Below are positions 39,615 through 52,856 of a stretch of DNA of 64,000 nt, piece by piece. This DNA comes from Lingula anatina (taxonomy: Eukaryota > Animalia > Brachiopoda). A program made the position numbers and the translations under genes. The notes under the pieces are model-generated. The model made no database searches. It saw only the letters and a list, made by a program, of their open reading frames with translations, and was not told the origin of the DNA. The first letter of the stretch is position 1. Each line of letters starts with the position of its first letter. The stretch lies in the NCBI GenBank assembly GCA_051362555.1, contig CM120644.1, forward strand, positions 15,026,534 to 15,090,533. Direction: 5' to 3'.

Positions 39615-40764
39615 GATGGTTTTAGACCCATACCATGAATGCTGATCCATTCTGACGATGTTCAAGTAATTTGTGAAATTTGATTTTCTTATAACTATAA
39701 TCACTGAAAAGCATTTGTGGTAATTGCATCTATAACTCCGCATCGGATATCGGAATCGTCTATCGGCGGATAAATATCACGTTTACGTCAAGATTCCGTG
39801 GAAGAAACGAGTAACTTTTTTTCTTGGTAAGGCGTGCCGTGACATTTTCTTCATATAACAGTATCTTTGAGTGTCAATTTGGAGAAACAAATGGTATCCG
39901 CCGGGCAGAACAAACACGATAATTCACATACCACGCATTACGTGTTGTAACAGAGGTTACTAATGCATCATTTATTATTGCGTGATTGATAAACCACAAG
40001 CCAACGTAAACAGTTGTTTTTGTTTATTATTTTTCTCTGAAATGTTTACCAACAAAATTAGCCTTGCAATATTAGGCAATCGGTCGTCCGTTATTTCCGT
40101 TATGGTGGTCAGCATGCCAGGGTTAGTTGGCGGTGCATTTTTTATGTTGTTACCATGACGACAGCCGATCAGAGAGTGCGCATGGGGAAATTGATGAGAG
40201 AATTTAAATACTTCTGAAGGAGACCATGTGTTTGACCACAAGCCAACTCGCGGTAGTGAAGATTATTCTATTATTATTCATTATCGGCATGAACACGTGC
40301 AAGTTATGTTTACCTTTTACGAAAGCGCGACATCTGCATTATTTTTTAGCCAAACACCAATAAATATGCCAGTGTCGTTTTTTAATGATCACGACTGTAT
40401 CCAATAAGAAAAGAAATTGAATTAAATTTAAATGGCATTAACACACATTTATTTAAATCAACTCAGGGACATTCTAAATTCCTCAACGGTGCAATAGTGA
40501 CTTATTGCACGGTTATAAAAGGTTGGATGAAAATGGGCGTAAAAAAAAGAACAACCAAAAAAAAAAAAAATAAATAAATAAATAAAACCCAAGAATTCAA
40601 AATGTTTCAAAGCAATAGGGTAACGTTCTCTCCTTGCAGGGGGGCGGGGGGGGGGGGGGGGGGGGAGAGTCGGAAATTGAGCCTCAGAAATTGTGTACGT
40701 AAGTTAATGATGTGTCTCTCTAATGGCGCGTTTTGAATTCATTTACCGCTCTCCAAAAACAAAA

Positions 40765-40799
<35 letters not shown>

Positions 40800-41642
40800 T
40801 ATAATAATTGATGAATAAATAAAAGAATAATTATTGAAAGTTACCGTGCTTATTAGTCACAAGTGCTCTAAATCTGAAGCACAAGTTCAAATTAAGTCAT
40901 CTAATTTTATAGTATGTTACTTCACCGCATTTGTCGACCCCTGGAAACTCTGGACGTATGCAAACTTGCTAATGTGTATTTTATTGTTTAGAGACTGCAG
41001 AGGGTGCTGAGTTAGAGTACGCGGTGATTTAGGCAGGAATAGTTTGGCAATAACTCAAATTTAGAAGAATCCAAATGAAGCAAATTGAAGCAATAGCTAT
41101 TTAAAATTATTATGCCGCTTGAAACGTGCAAACACTGCAGAATATATAGGCATATACTTTTTTGAACATTATTATAATTTTTGTGGCAAATTATCAATTT
41201 GCCATAAGGAACTACGCATAAATGCAAATGCAATTTCTCAATGAACAAAAGAATTGTCAATTTTGTCCAGGATTATTTCAGAAGCACTCACTTCGCTTGG
41301 ATTTGTAACTGAAATTCCCATTACAGCACTGTCAGAATGGCGTGGCTATTTAAGGTGCAGTCCTTGTCGGTCAGTGGCTGAAAACTGTTGATAAGACCAC
41401 ATCCTTTGTCAAGGAAGACCAGAAGCATGCTGAATGAAGAAAAAAGTAAAACCACATTGAAAAGGCGTGCTTTTCTAATAAACAATGCGGTTATTTGACA
41501 ATGAGCACGATTTGTCTTATCATCATTTCTCCAAATTTAAAGGCATTTTAGCATTTGGTTTCTTCTTTAACAGCTAGGCAGTTGGGCTTCTTAACCAAGG
41601 TTAAACTAAAAAAGGGACAGTTTTATCAAAAGTTTGGAGAAG

Positions 41643-41984
41643 ATGCTGTATTTGTCTAGTTTTGCTTTTTTGATTATTTTGCAACTAATAAATACCATCA
41701 GAGCCGAGCCGGGTAAGTTTATGTTTAATTTTTTTTCGTAACAATAATATGTTTAACAAAACCTCATCTAAGTCAATGTCTTTCAGTGTTATACAATATT
41801 ATGTCTAATTAATTTAGTATTTTTATATTCATTCATCTTTCAATTTATCTATTCGATTATTTGTATATATATTCATTGGAAATAGCAACAGCATTGACCG
41901 ATATTGTTATCAAAGTTGCACTTCAATAACACTCATTCAAATTTAGCCCCTTGTATGCTAAAGACAAACACAGGACTTTTGCAC

Positions 41985-42034
<50 letters not shown>

Positions 42035-42687
42035 TATGACATACTATGTTAAACAGTATTATAATTCTAGTGGGCTCATGTGAACCAAATCGTCGAACTC
42101 CTCAGTTTCTTCGAGACACCAGCAACCAGTGCGTGTATTACCAATGCATTTACCAGGGCACTCCATTACTTCGTCCGACGAAGTTAACCTGCCCAACTTT
42201 CAACAGAGTTCCAACAGGCTACGGCAAAATTCCACGTTACCCAGACAACTCGTTCCCTTGCACGATCTACTCCAGGAAAACTCGTCTCTGTGACGTCGAC
42301 AACCCCGAGTGGAGCCAGTGGCAGCCGTGGGGGCGCTGTTCCAAGACGTGCGGGAGCGGAGTCCAGTACAGAACTCGCTCGTGTTTAGGAGGGTCCTCCT
42401 GTCGCGGCGACCTCTTGGAAAGACGGGACTGCATGATTAAACAATGTAGGTATCTGATTTCAGTATTTACTCGTTTTACGCGAAAATCCAAAATGGGTTT
42501 TGGGATATTTATGTGGTAGAAACGTAAAGATTTAAAGTACATTTTAAGGTGGTGTAACAGACCTTCTGGAAGATAAATATGACTTGTTGTTATTCTTAGT
42601 TTTCGTCGTAATCATTTAAACAATTGTGTGGTTACATGAATTTGCCTAGTCAGATTATCACATTTAAGGTCTTTACTTCTAGGTTAA
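41643..42687 (+). CDS. Small secreted protein (~149 aa): variant peritrophin-A/CBM14-like domain plus TSP1 repeat, paralog 2
   Basis: Exons 41643-41712 (MLYLSSFAFLIILQLINTIRAEP), 42071-42445 and probable 42683-42687 (completes the last Cys, then TAA). The 70/375-nt exon sizes match paralog 1. TSP1: WSQWQPWGRCSKTCGSGVQYRTRSC. Confidence 0.85.
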
Positions 42688-42932
42688 ACTTTGCATGGAT
42701 TCCGACAGAATACCAGGGATTCTCAAGTGAGCAAAAGGACACAAAAACAATGTATACTTATATACCTCGTAGGCTTTATTGATAATGTGATGTTTGTAAT
42801 GATATCATTAAAAAAAAAAAAACTTTTATTAGCTGTATAATAACGTTATGATTCCCATAAACAGAGGCAGAGACAGAGGATCCTTGCATTTCATGTACAG
42901 ATCGAGAGAGGCGTTTGTTTGAAGATGAATTA

Positions 42933-43175
42933 AGACCGCGTTCAGAATCAAACATCGTACCAGCTGAACCGATATAACTCTGCGGTGGGTTCTTGGTAAA
43001 GTGCATTCAGTATAATCGGCTTAATTGTCTGACACGCCCCCCTGAGTAGCTAGTTAACTAGTTAATTACCCCTCGAGGAGTTGGGTCAGACATTCAAGTC
43101 GATTACAGTGATTGCACTTAGGGAGAATCTCCCACAGAGTTGGATCGATCCAGCTAGTGCGATGGGTTTATCCGA
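42933..43175. mobile_element. Degenerate palindromic MITE related to 19751-20005
   Basis: Inverted arms around a central TAGTTAACTA palindrome; shared GGATCGATCC and CAGACAT motifs. Confidence 0.5.
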
Positions 43176-43842
43176 TTGCTCCCTTATTGATTTTATCATA
43201 AATTAGATAAATTGTTTCATGGTACACATGCATGTGCAGCGACAAGGTTTTTATACAAGAGCAGATGCACGCGTTGTCAGTAATATTCTTATTTCTATAC
43301 GATTCACGAATTTCATCTTATTAACATTTTTGTTCTAGAATATGTATGCTCCACTTTTTTGTAACAATTTTGTAACAATACACAGCTAAAATGATATAAT
43401 ATTTATGGATTTAACTAGAATGAAAATTAAAAAAAAAAATAGCGATAATACATAGCTGTTAACTCGATTGCACATATGTTCTTTGAAATAAATAGAACTT
43501 CTTTCTAAGGTGCAAATAAAAATTACCTTTGATCTCTGTAGCGTCTGGTTCAGTCTTGGCAATATATAGAAAATTCCCATCAAAAACTTGCACTGGAGAT
43601 TATAATTTCATCTTATCCCATCATCATTAAGCTTACCAAACAATAAATTAATGTCCACTTTATGTTCCTGGTCATTGTTTTTACTCTGACCGGCCATTTT
43701 AGAGTTTCAAAAGACGACAAAGTTCCCGTGCTTGATGTCAGTCTATACAGGCCGCTCAAACCCCACTCGTGTTAATTTATAACGGCCTACGACCAATGAA
43801 CAATAAATCAACAACTGCCCAATACCAACTATGAGGACACAT

Positions 43843-44779
43843 TCACTGATATGGCGCCTCGCACGGAGGCGAAACTCTCCTTGAAAAATTACAGTGTTTC
43901 AGGCGATTGTCCCATGCGGTTCCTGGTGGGCAATACTTCTTATAGCCGACGCCGTGTGAGCAGTGAATGAAGGCGGAGCAGTCGAGCGGGTCCGAGTGGG
44001 GCCCGTCTGCTTTCCCATAGCAGGCGCTTCGCAGTCTGATGAACTTAGAGTCTTCGTTCAACGGATTGACCTCTGTTGAGAAAGAGAGAAATATAATTTT
44101 TTAATAAACAAACGAGCACATTTTTGTTGATTTGTACCTACTTTTCAACTACAAATACATAATAATTGTTGAATTACCATGTACCAAGGCGCGGGAACAT
44201 GTGCATGAAAACTGCAGTTAAGTTGTAGTTTTTAAAACCTATCACTGCTTAAACCAAAACAGAATTCAAACCAAAGCAAAAGAAAGAAGAAATGAGGAAA
44301 AACAAATGAGAATAAAATGCAAATATACTGTAAGCTCACTTACCTGTCTTCGTTGGTTTTGCATACATTGGGATGGGGTCAACACCATACAGACGTCTGT
44401 TATATGAAGGTTCTATGTTCTTTTGGTGATTTAATTCCCTCGACCCTTCTTGATAAGAGATCCTGTCCTTTCCAATGTATCCATGCCTGTGTTCAGTATT
44501 TATGCCTATGTACGTGGGGTTTAAACGTCTTCCTAACTGCTCTATGCTCTGGCCATTACACAAATCAGTCCCGCAGAAACACCACGTGACATCTGTGCTG
44601 CGGTATGACTGTTTTTGGCAGCCGATGTAGTCTGAGTGGACCACACTGCCGATCCATCCGTCGAAACACCCTCTGAATATGTCTTGAAACGAAGAGTTTT
44701 ATTTCTGACTGAATGTGACTAGCCGGTATAAAATGGTGGGACATGTTGTGTATTGAGGTTTTTCAATATATGTTCCAAA

Positions 44780-44822
<43 letters not shown>

Positions 44823-46046
44823 ATGCAGTATACGAATAGATTAATACAACGTAAAACGTCGCCTCAATCGATATTATTTTTAATAAGCTATCAAAAAGAA
44901 CAATATATTATAGACATACTGATGCAAAGTGCTTACTTCCATTTTCGCTTCTAGTGTAGCACTTGGTCCTGCAGGCTGTCTTGGAGAGGAACCCTCCTTC
45001 ATACACGCGCTCACCACACGATTGCGAACCACTGGTACATTCGTAACAACTAATACCTGTAAACATAGAGATTTCAACTAAAAGAAATGAATAAAATGGG
45101 CCAACTGAATTGATCGATTATCAAAACGTTAGTCGAGGTAAATAAAATGCTATATAATGTTACAGAACCTGTTATAATACGAATTTGGCCCACTCCCACC
45201 ATACTCCCACACTTTTCACTATTGTGAAAGGGTGCCAATATTCATTCTCGAAGTGGCCTCAATACAGTTGTGACAGAGCCTTTTTAATTACCTTCAGAAT
45301 ATGACACTTCGACGGGCTGAAATGACGGTCGGTTGTTTCTGTCACTGATGTCCACTGAAAAGGGCACACCGTCGTTATACCCCTCCTCTACGAACTCCCC
45401 GTCTTCTATTAAATGAGACGCGCTTTCTCGGTCGTTCTTGATCTCGGGGATCGCACGTGGCGTAGCGACGTAACGGCTTAGTTGATCGAAGCTATTCGGG
45501 AAGTCCGCTTGCGGTTCATCGTCCGACCTTTCTTCTTCCTCTCCAACGAATTTTTGTATTGTTTTCTCCGGTGCTTGTGCAGCGGATTCGACAGCTTTGG
45601 ACACCGTGTTGTATTCATTCGTTTTCGAGCCACGTTTTGGCAAACCGTCCCCATCTTGCTCGCGGTCATCAGAGTATTTTCCCTCTCGCTCTTGTGACTT
45701 TGAACCGTACTCAATTGTATTCGGCACTTCTGGCTGTGATTTAGTCGTTTCTTGAGTAAAAATGTTAAAAGGTGCTTCCACCTGGCGGAAGATTTTAGCC
45801 AAGTCCTCTCGCGTGGCCCCGTTGCAGAGATGCCCCTCGCAGAAGCACCATTCCATAGACCTGCCTTGGAGGAACTGTGTTCTACAGCCGTTATAGCTGC
45901 TGTCCACCATCCCGCCTATCCAGCCGTCAAAACAATCCCTGTACACGGCTAAAATGAAATAATATTTATGGATTTAACTAGAATATTAATTAAAAAATAA
46001 AAATAATAGCGATAATAAATTTCCAGAACTTTGGACTTGAATAGCC

Positions 46047-46101
<55 letters not shown>

Positions 46102-47896
46102 CAAGATTGACTAAATAGAATGACTGCATTTTATACTTCTTGATGCTACATGCACATATAAGTAGGACCTACAAAACAGCTGCAAAGTTTTTCTTCTTGT
46201 GCTGGGCGTTTTGACTTAATGCTTTATGTAGATTATGTGTGGTGAGACAAGAAGGGCATATATGTCGTTTATCACCGTTGCCATAATCTTGTATCTCGCA
46301 ACAGATGTATTTACATGCAGTTAACACATTGACACATTGCCCATATTTCACGTCTTGCCATGTCTGCACAAACGCAAAGTGGAGACACCATGAGTCTGAA
46401 GACAAACAGGGAGTCGCCGTCAAGTAGCGCCCCCAAGTGAGCGTTACTGAAATTCATGGACTCGCATTCATTGATATTCACCATGGTTTTGCTGTTTTAT
46501 TTTTCTTTCTTTCTTTCTTTCTTTCTTTTTTTCTTTTATTCACTTTCATTTTGTCCCAGTTGAATTTTTTTTATCAATGACAATAATTTTAGATATACGA
46601 CGACAAAATATTTAACCCCTTTAATAAATATCAAAATTAACATTCAGTCTCAAATTTCTTGGCAAAAAATGAGTAAACAAAAAGGCACAATTCATCAGGT
46701 CGATCATGTCGAGAGAAAATATACTGGGTAGAGGCTGAACAGATGCTGCTAGGAGGTTGAGACAGATGAAAGAAAATCTTGTCAACAGCTGGTATTGGGT
46801 GTGTAAATTTGAACTTACTGGTACTAACTTAGACGTCTTAAGTTTAAAGCACTTGAATTGGCTCAAGCTGCTGCATTAAATGACATATAAACCTGTGCAC
46901 CGTATTGATTGGAATAACGTTGTCGAGGGTACTTCTTCAGTAATTGGTGTGCAATTAAAATTAAATGTTGTTAGCTCATAAAAGTACAGCATGGTAGTCA
47001 CATCCTGCGTGGTAATAAAGACAAAAAAGGCGAATCATTTGTGCTTAAAATTACCGTAGATGGTACAATCCGTTTCGTATACATAATGGTGTTAAGTTTG
47101 CTTATTGCTGATGTCACAACCAGATGAAGAAAAAAAATGAATTCATTTAAACGAAGTTTTAAAACTCACTTGGACCATCGATCCTAAGAAAGCATTTACT
47201 TCTGCATTTCTGTTTGGAGGCCACAGCCATTGATTCTGCATCCATTCTACTACCACATGCTGAGGACCGACTGTAGCAGGAAAAGCATTCAAATTGAGCA
47301 AAACCTGGAATATAAGAAATACAATAAGCAAGCATATTGGTTTAACGATAAATAAATAAATATATAAATAAATAAATAAAAAGACCAGTACTGCTGAATA
47401 ATTGGGGCTATTCGCAGAGGACCACGTGGGAGATAAGCTTGCCTTTAACATGCTTACCTCTCTTTAAATGAAGTTTGATGTAAATAAATAAATAAATAAA
47501 TAAATAAAAATGGTATTTTCCGATTGATAACACGTGATAACACTATAGGCAAGAATAATTATGCCATTCTATCAGAACTGTCTACTAGACTTGAGTGGTA
47601 AAGATAAAAAACGAAAGACAACTGTCTTCATAACATTTTAATGTTATCATTTTTTATTCACTCTATCTTTCATTGCATACAACCATATGCTAAAACGCCC
47701 AAGGAGCAGATTAATAAAAGATCTTTAGGCCAAAAGATGGTTTTAACTTTTAGTATATATTAACAAAACACTAATTCAGTGCATGTTGACACTTACCTAA
47801 CTGATGTGTTTTAAGCTCTGCCGCTGTAACACAATTGGCAAAGATCACGAGAAAGCAGCACAACACTACTAATGACATGATGGTTTTGCTTCGCAT
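43843..47896 (-). CDS. Secreted protein (~526 aa): two 10-Cys three-finger (Ly6/uPAR, Quiver-like) domains, acidic linker, C-terminal CBM14 chitin-binding domain
   Basis: Exons (minus) 47896-47797, 47304-47170, 45948-45292, 45056-44937, 44682-44344, 44072-43843; all phase 1, 1581 nt. Domain 1: ECFSC..C..CRSKC..RDC..GC..WCFCEGHLCN. Domain 2: SCYEC..C..CRTKC..RGC..GC..WCFCGTDLCN. CBM14: CYGKADGPHSDPLDCSAFIHC..CPPGTAWD..C..C. Confidence 0.88.
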
Positions 47897-48356
47897 AATT
47901 TCCGTTTTTTCGATGATTTCTTCAGTAAATGTTTTACAGAGATAAGTTTTTCACGCTTTCACATCCTAGTCTCGGTGTGTTCATCGCCTGTGTTAAAATG
48001 ACATGAGGCAAGTCGTACAGTAGCGATGGTATTGGAACATAAGGTTTTGTAACAGCTGGAGGCTTAATCATCCTAGGTGGGAAAAGTTCGGTTTTGTGTA
48101 AGATCAAATGAAACAGCGTGTGGTTTTTGAGTACATAAAAGTCAGAAACGCATTTATCAGATGACAAGTATATTCTTCATTAAGGGGCACCTGCTCGACA
48201 TTTTTTAAACACTTGTCCTCTCCCTTTGTTATTTTTTATTTATTATCTGCCGGAAATCTATCTTTTACTTATTTATAATATACCAAGTTTATGAATATAA
48301 TTATTTCGGTACTGTGCGGATACTGAGACAAATTTGAAGCAGGTTTTGAACAAACC

Positions 48357-48404
<48 letters not shown>

Positions 48405-49029
48405 GTGTTGGGAACGGTTTGCGCCAATGTAAATTTTAATCCAAGCACCTGCTACATCGCCTTTGGCAAATCTTTGCTACACTGTGAGTTGTTTAAACGG
48501 TTACCCATAAAATCCGGCGCACCTCCAACAACAAGCTCAGCTGAGACATTGACTTTGTAGATCCCAGGGTTCAGTCAGGTAATGTTGATTGTGCTGACAA
48601 TTTCGTACAACATGAATAAAAAATAAGACAAATAATCGGATCAGGTTGTTCTTTACCTATAGCTGTATTTAACCCATTAAATCGGGTCATTATAGTAAGT
48701 TTGAGAATAATAAGTTACACTATTTTTATTCATAGATGATAACTATTTACATTGTAGCATAAGCTGAAAATATTTACCATACCATTATTTTGCGGCCAAC
48801 TTAGATGCGGGCCTTCTTCAGACTGACGTGAGTTGTTAGCTTGTGCAATATAATTATCATCTGTGATCAAACTACCAAGCTTATGAACATTTTGCTCACT
48901 ATTTTTATGGTGTTTACGAAAAAATAGGGAAGTCGACGCGCACAAGTGATGGCTGTTTGTCCTGACAAGCTACAAGTCCATAAAAATGACTGCAACGTGA
49001 TGGCTGAGCTACCGGTATAAGACCTGAAG

Positions 49030-49110
49030 GATTCGTAGCTCAGCTGATAGAAACCTTTGGCCCTTTCAGGACTGTAAAGTCACGTTTCGAAAATCTTAGA
49101 CCCGACGACT
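49030..49110 (+). mobile_element. Possible decayed tRNA-derived SINE head
   Basis: Box-A-like TAGCTCAGCTGATAG and box-B-like GTTTCGAAAATC; no intact cloverleaf. Confidence 0.25.
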
Positions 49111-49789
49111 GGAGGAGGAGGAGGGGGAGCAGATTTGACTATAATTCGTTAGGTAAGACCAGGGAACATACACTTCAATTTTTTGACAGCTAGCTCGACA
49201 TATCTTTGGGCTTGAAAAAAAAAGTGCTTCCAGTCCAGTCAAAGCCCTTCCTATCCAGCCCAACCATGTGTTCAGGTTCTCTTAACTGACAGTAAAACTA
49301 CCAGCAATTCCTTAAACACACAAGCGTTTATCACATTAAGTACAATTTAACCTACCGATTATAAATTGTTACAGTCAAATTAAAAATGATTTCAGTCGTA
49401 AACGCAAAATAATGGAGTCCCTCTACTAAAGTTCATACATTCAGCATTAGACCTTTTTTCAGCCTTTTTTTTTAACCCTACCTAGGAATTCAACTTTCAA
49501 TTAATCTCCAGTTGCAAATTATACACTATCTAGAGCCGTTGAAAATACCACATCTATATTATCCAGTTTCCGAGTCCTTGGATTTTAATTTATGAGTTTC
49601 TCCAGTAACGAAGAAAGAAGTCAGGAATTTTATAGTGGCACATTTTGTAATGGTAAAGGCACGTAGTATGTTCTTTAACATATGACTAATCGGAATCGAA
49701 GATTGGGATTTATGACAATAAATAAATAAATAAATACATAAATTAATAAATTAATTAATAGACATAAGAACCCCGTATATTCGAGTATA

Positions 49790-51027
49790 TCAGTCTGTAA
49801 CAAGTGCACCAGTTCTATTAAACACCCTCTCCATTCTAGTTAGAAGTTCGTCCTTATATTTCCACATGTAGGTGTCCTTTTCGACCGGATGCCCCTTAAG
49901 ATGGCGATTTGACCGCCCTGCATTCCGGTAATGGTGACTCAACCCAAGGTGCTTAGGCACCACATACTCCACCCACGAGGGGAACAACCGGGGCCGATGC
50001 ACCCTGGTCGCATAGGCCGCCTCCGTGCGAAGTATATACTTAGGTCTGTATACCTCTCCAACGTATTCCGACTTGGTCACCGAGAGGGACTTGGGGTTGA
50101 ATTTAGCAGCACGAGAGTCATTGAGAGCCGCGTGGTTTTTGGCGATCTCTTGCCGTCCCATCCAGTCCATGCGGAAGAATTTATTCTGGAAGAGATACGC
50201 ACCGGCGTTTTGTGGGAGGATTTTGATAAGGTCCCTCCAGGAGTTGTTGGCCCTAGGGGTGAGGAATTCGTCCATGTCCACAACGGCCAAGTATTGAAAC
50301 CTATTCATGTTTCTGTACAAGCAATCTGTCGTAGCTGCGAGTTGGCCACATTCTATAACCCAGTATATGAACGCCGTGTTTCTCTTCGTCAATATGCGCT
50401 GCGCGGTCGCCGGAAAATTCCAAGGCACCAATGAAAGAATCCCGTCTTTTTGGTATGCGTCTAAAATGGGCCCTACTGCCGTTTTGTTGGCATTAAAATC
50501 ATACAGCGTTATATGTTGAGCGCCAAACATTCGGTTTACCTCTATAAATTCAACCAGCCTGCTAGTGCTCTGTTTCGCCCCGTGAAGAGGCTTAACGCAC
50601 ACGCCGAAGCTGTCGTCACTAGGGGGCGGCGAATTCCTCAAGACGCGCGCGTCCCGCACTTTGATGGCGCTGCCGGGTGAATGGCAGGGGTCCTTTACGA
50701 TGGAAACTGCGTAAGGCGTTGAATTTGAGTTCACTCTGCAATTTAACAATGCCGGTGGGATCCTGAAAGATAAAACTGAATACGTCGAAAATGAACCACG
50801 TACTTCTCCCCCCCCTCCCCATTTCTTTCTCTGGACGGTGTGGCAGGAACGGTAATCTACTGGTACTCTCTGACAACAGCTGGGTGCACTTGCAGTCTGT
50901 TACAGGAATGTTGGATGCGATTTGTATGGTATTTTCGGGGTCTCGATTTCAAAAGGTGATCTACTGGCACTACGGACCGTATAGCCCGTTGACCATTACA
51001 TATAATGACCACAGGTGACATTTGCAG

Positions 51028-51076
<49 letters not shown>

Positions 51077-52161
51077 CTCTCTCTCTCTCACACACACACC
51101 CACACACATGCGGCATAGATTCAAAGAAAAAGAAAAAAGTACGTACGTGCCTACCTAATTCATGCAAGAGCACGCATAAGCAGATCAGTAAATAAAAAAA
51201 TGCAAACACTCATAAATGCCCACTCATCATCAAACTATACTTCTACCATACTACTACTCTTACTTCTCTCTTTTTCTCATTTCATTCGCCAACTTAATTC
51301 AGAAATACAAACAACAACAACAACAACAATAATAATAATAATAATAATAATACATATGATTCTAAAAAACACGAACATTTCACATATCCACCCTATCAAC
51401 ACTTACATGTTATGCGCACAGGCTCTGAATATATAAGCTTTCCCGGCTCGAACTGTCTCTACGTTTTTGCCCATCGTCGTGCTTGAATCCCGCAACCAAA
51501 TGTGGCAGTACATAAGATTTGTACTTGGCAAAAATGCCACGACTCGAACTATTCTCTCTCCGTTTCTACCATCTAGGTAAGCCGAATAAGCAAAATCTTC
51601 GGGGAACTGATCTGACAGCGGCACCCAGCGGGAGTCCGTAAATTTCGTGGGGGATTTTAACCCGCGGCACGCGTTGTTGTTCGTGGACTGGTTTTTGCTT
51701 ACTTGGTTCGATCCTATTATAATGTTTAATTTTAATCCTGCGGTATCTTCTTGATCCGTTTTCAAGCTCATTCCCGAGTCCGAAAATCTCGAAGCATTCA
51801 TTTTATTCGTTTTGAAACCTACTTGGCTGTCCGTTTTTGAGTCCATTTTCTTATCCGTTTTAATATCCGTTTTCTTGTCCGTTTGTGAACTTATCCGGTG
51901 CTCGGTGACATCCCTAGACTTTGCAGATTTCGTTACGTTTTGTTTAGATTCAAGATCGTTCTTGATCCGCAAAGAAAGTCTTCTCGCATCCATACCATGT
52001 CCTGGTGATGCCCTAAATAAATTCAACTTAAAGACCACCTTGTGTTTGAACCAGTAGTTCAGAATGAGCGACATATTAAGAAGCATGGTCACTATCCCAA
52101 GCACGAGAAGAATCAACGCTATCTGCCTCGATGGAAGCATATTTGGTAAAATTTCAGGCAT
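49790..52161 (-). CDS. Glycosyltransferase family 92 (DUF23/GALT-1-like), ~575 aa, 2 coding exons
   Basis: Exons 52161 (or 52140)-51407 and 50762-49790, phase 2. N-terminal TM anchor. Motifs AYSAYLDGR..VRVV, VCVKPL, EFIE..GAQHITLYD, GQLAATTDCLYRN, YLAVVDMDEFLTP (DxD), RPKYI, HHYR. Confidence 0.9.
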
Positions 52162-52315
52162 ATAGATCACAACATATCCCACAGCACACTCGTCGTTTAA
52201 ATTATTCAAATGGATCATATGGTTTTACATTAATGATTGGAAATGCTGGTATCCCCGTGAAAGACACAAGTGCCATGCCTACTGATAAGGCTGCTGTATA
52301 CTATATTCTATATTT

Positions 52316-52385
<70 letters not shown>

Positions 52386-52505
52386 TGATTTAGAGATGCC
52401 AATGATATTTTGCATTATTCATGACAGCATAAAATCTCAGCTGTGGTCTGTCAGAAATCTATAGAATATGAATGTTGACGTTGATAAAAGATACCCAGTA
52501 CTCCT

Positions 52506-52570
<65 letters not shown>

Positions 52571-52822
52571 TGTGTGTGTTTGGGTGTCTTTGCGGGTTAT
52601 CATTGCTCCTATAAAACCAATATTGAGCAGATTTGGCATAAAAACCTTCCTGGTTAAACAAACATCCTTCCCATACGAAATAAACACGTGTACACACAAT
52701 GTTCATCCAAAAGACCAGGAAGTTTTATAAATAAACAGCAATGCATGCCAAAATTGTGACAACTCTTGGATACTGGGGAATGCACATGCGTTTTAAAACA
52801 TAACCTTTCTGTTGAGTTAACA

Positions 52823-52856
<34 letters not shown>

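Noticed and set aside
49030-49110. tRNA gene
   Set aside because: A/B-box-like motifs are present but no pairing acceptor or anticodon stems; at best a SINE relic.
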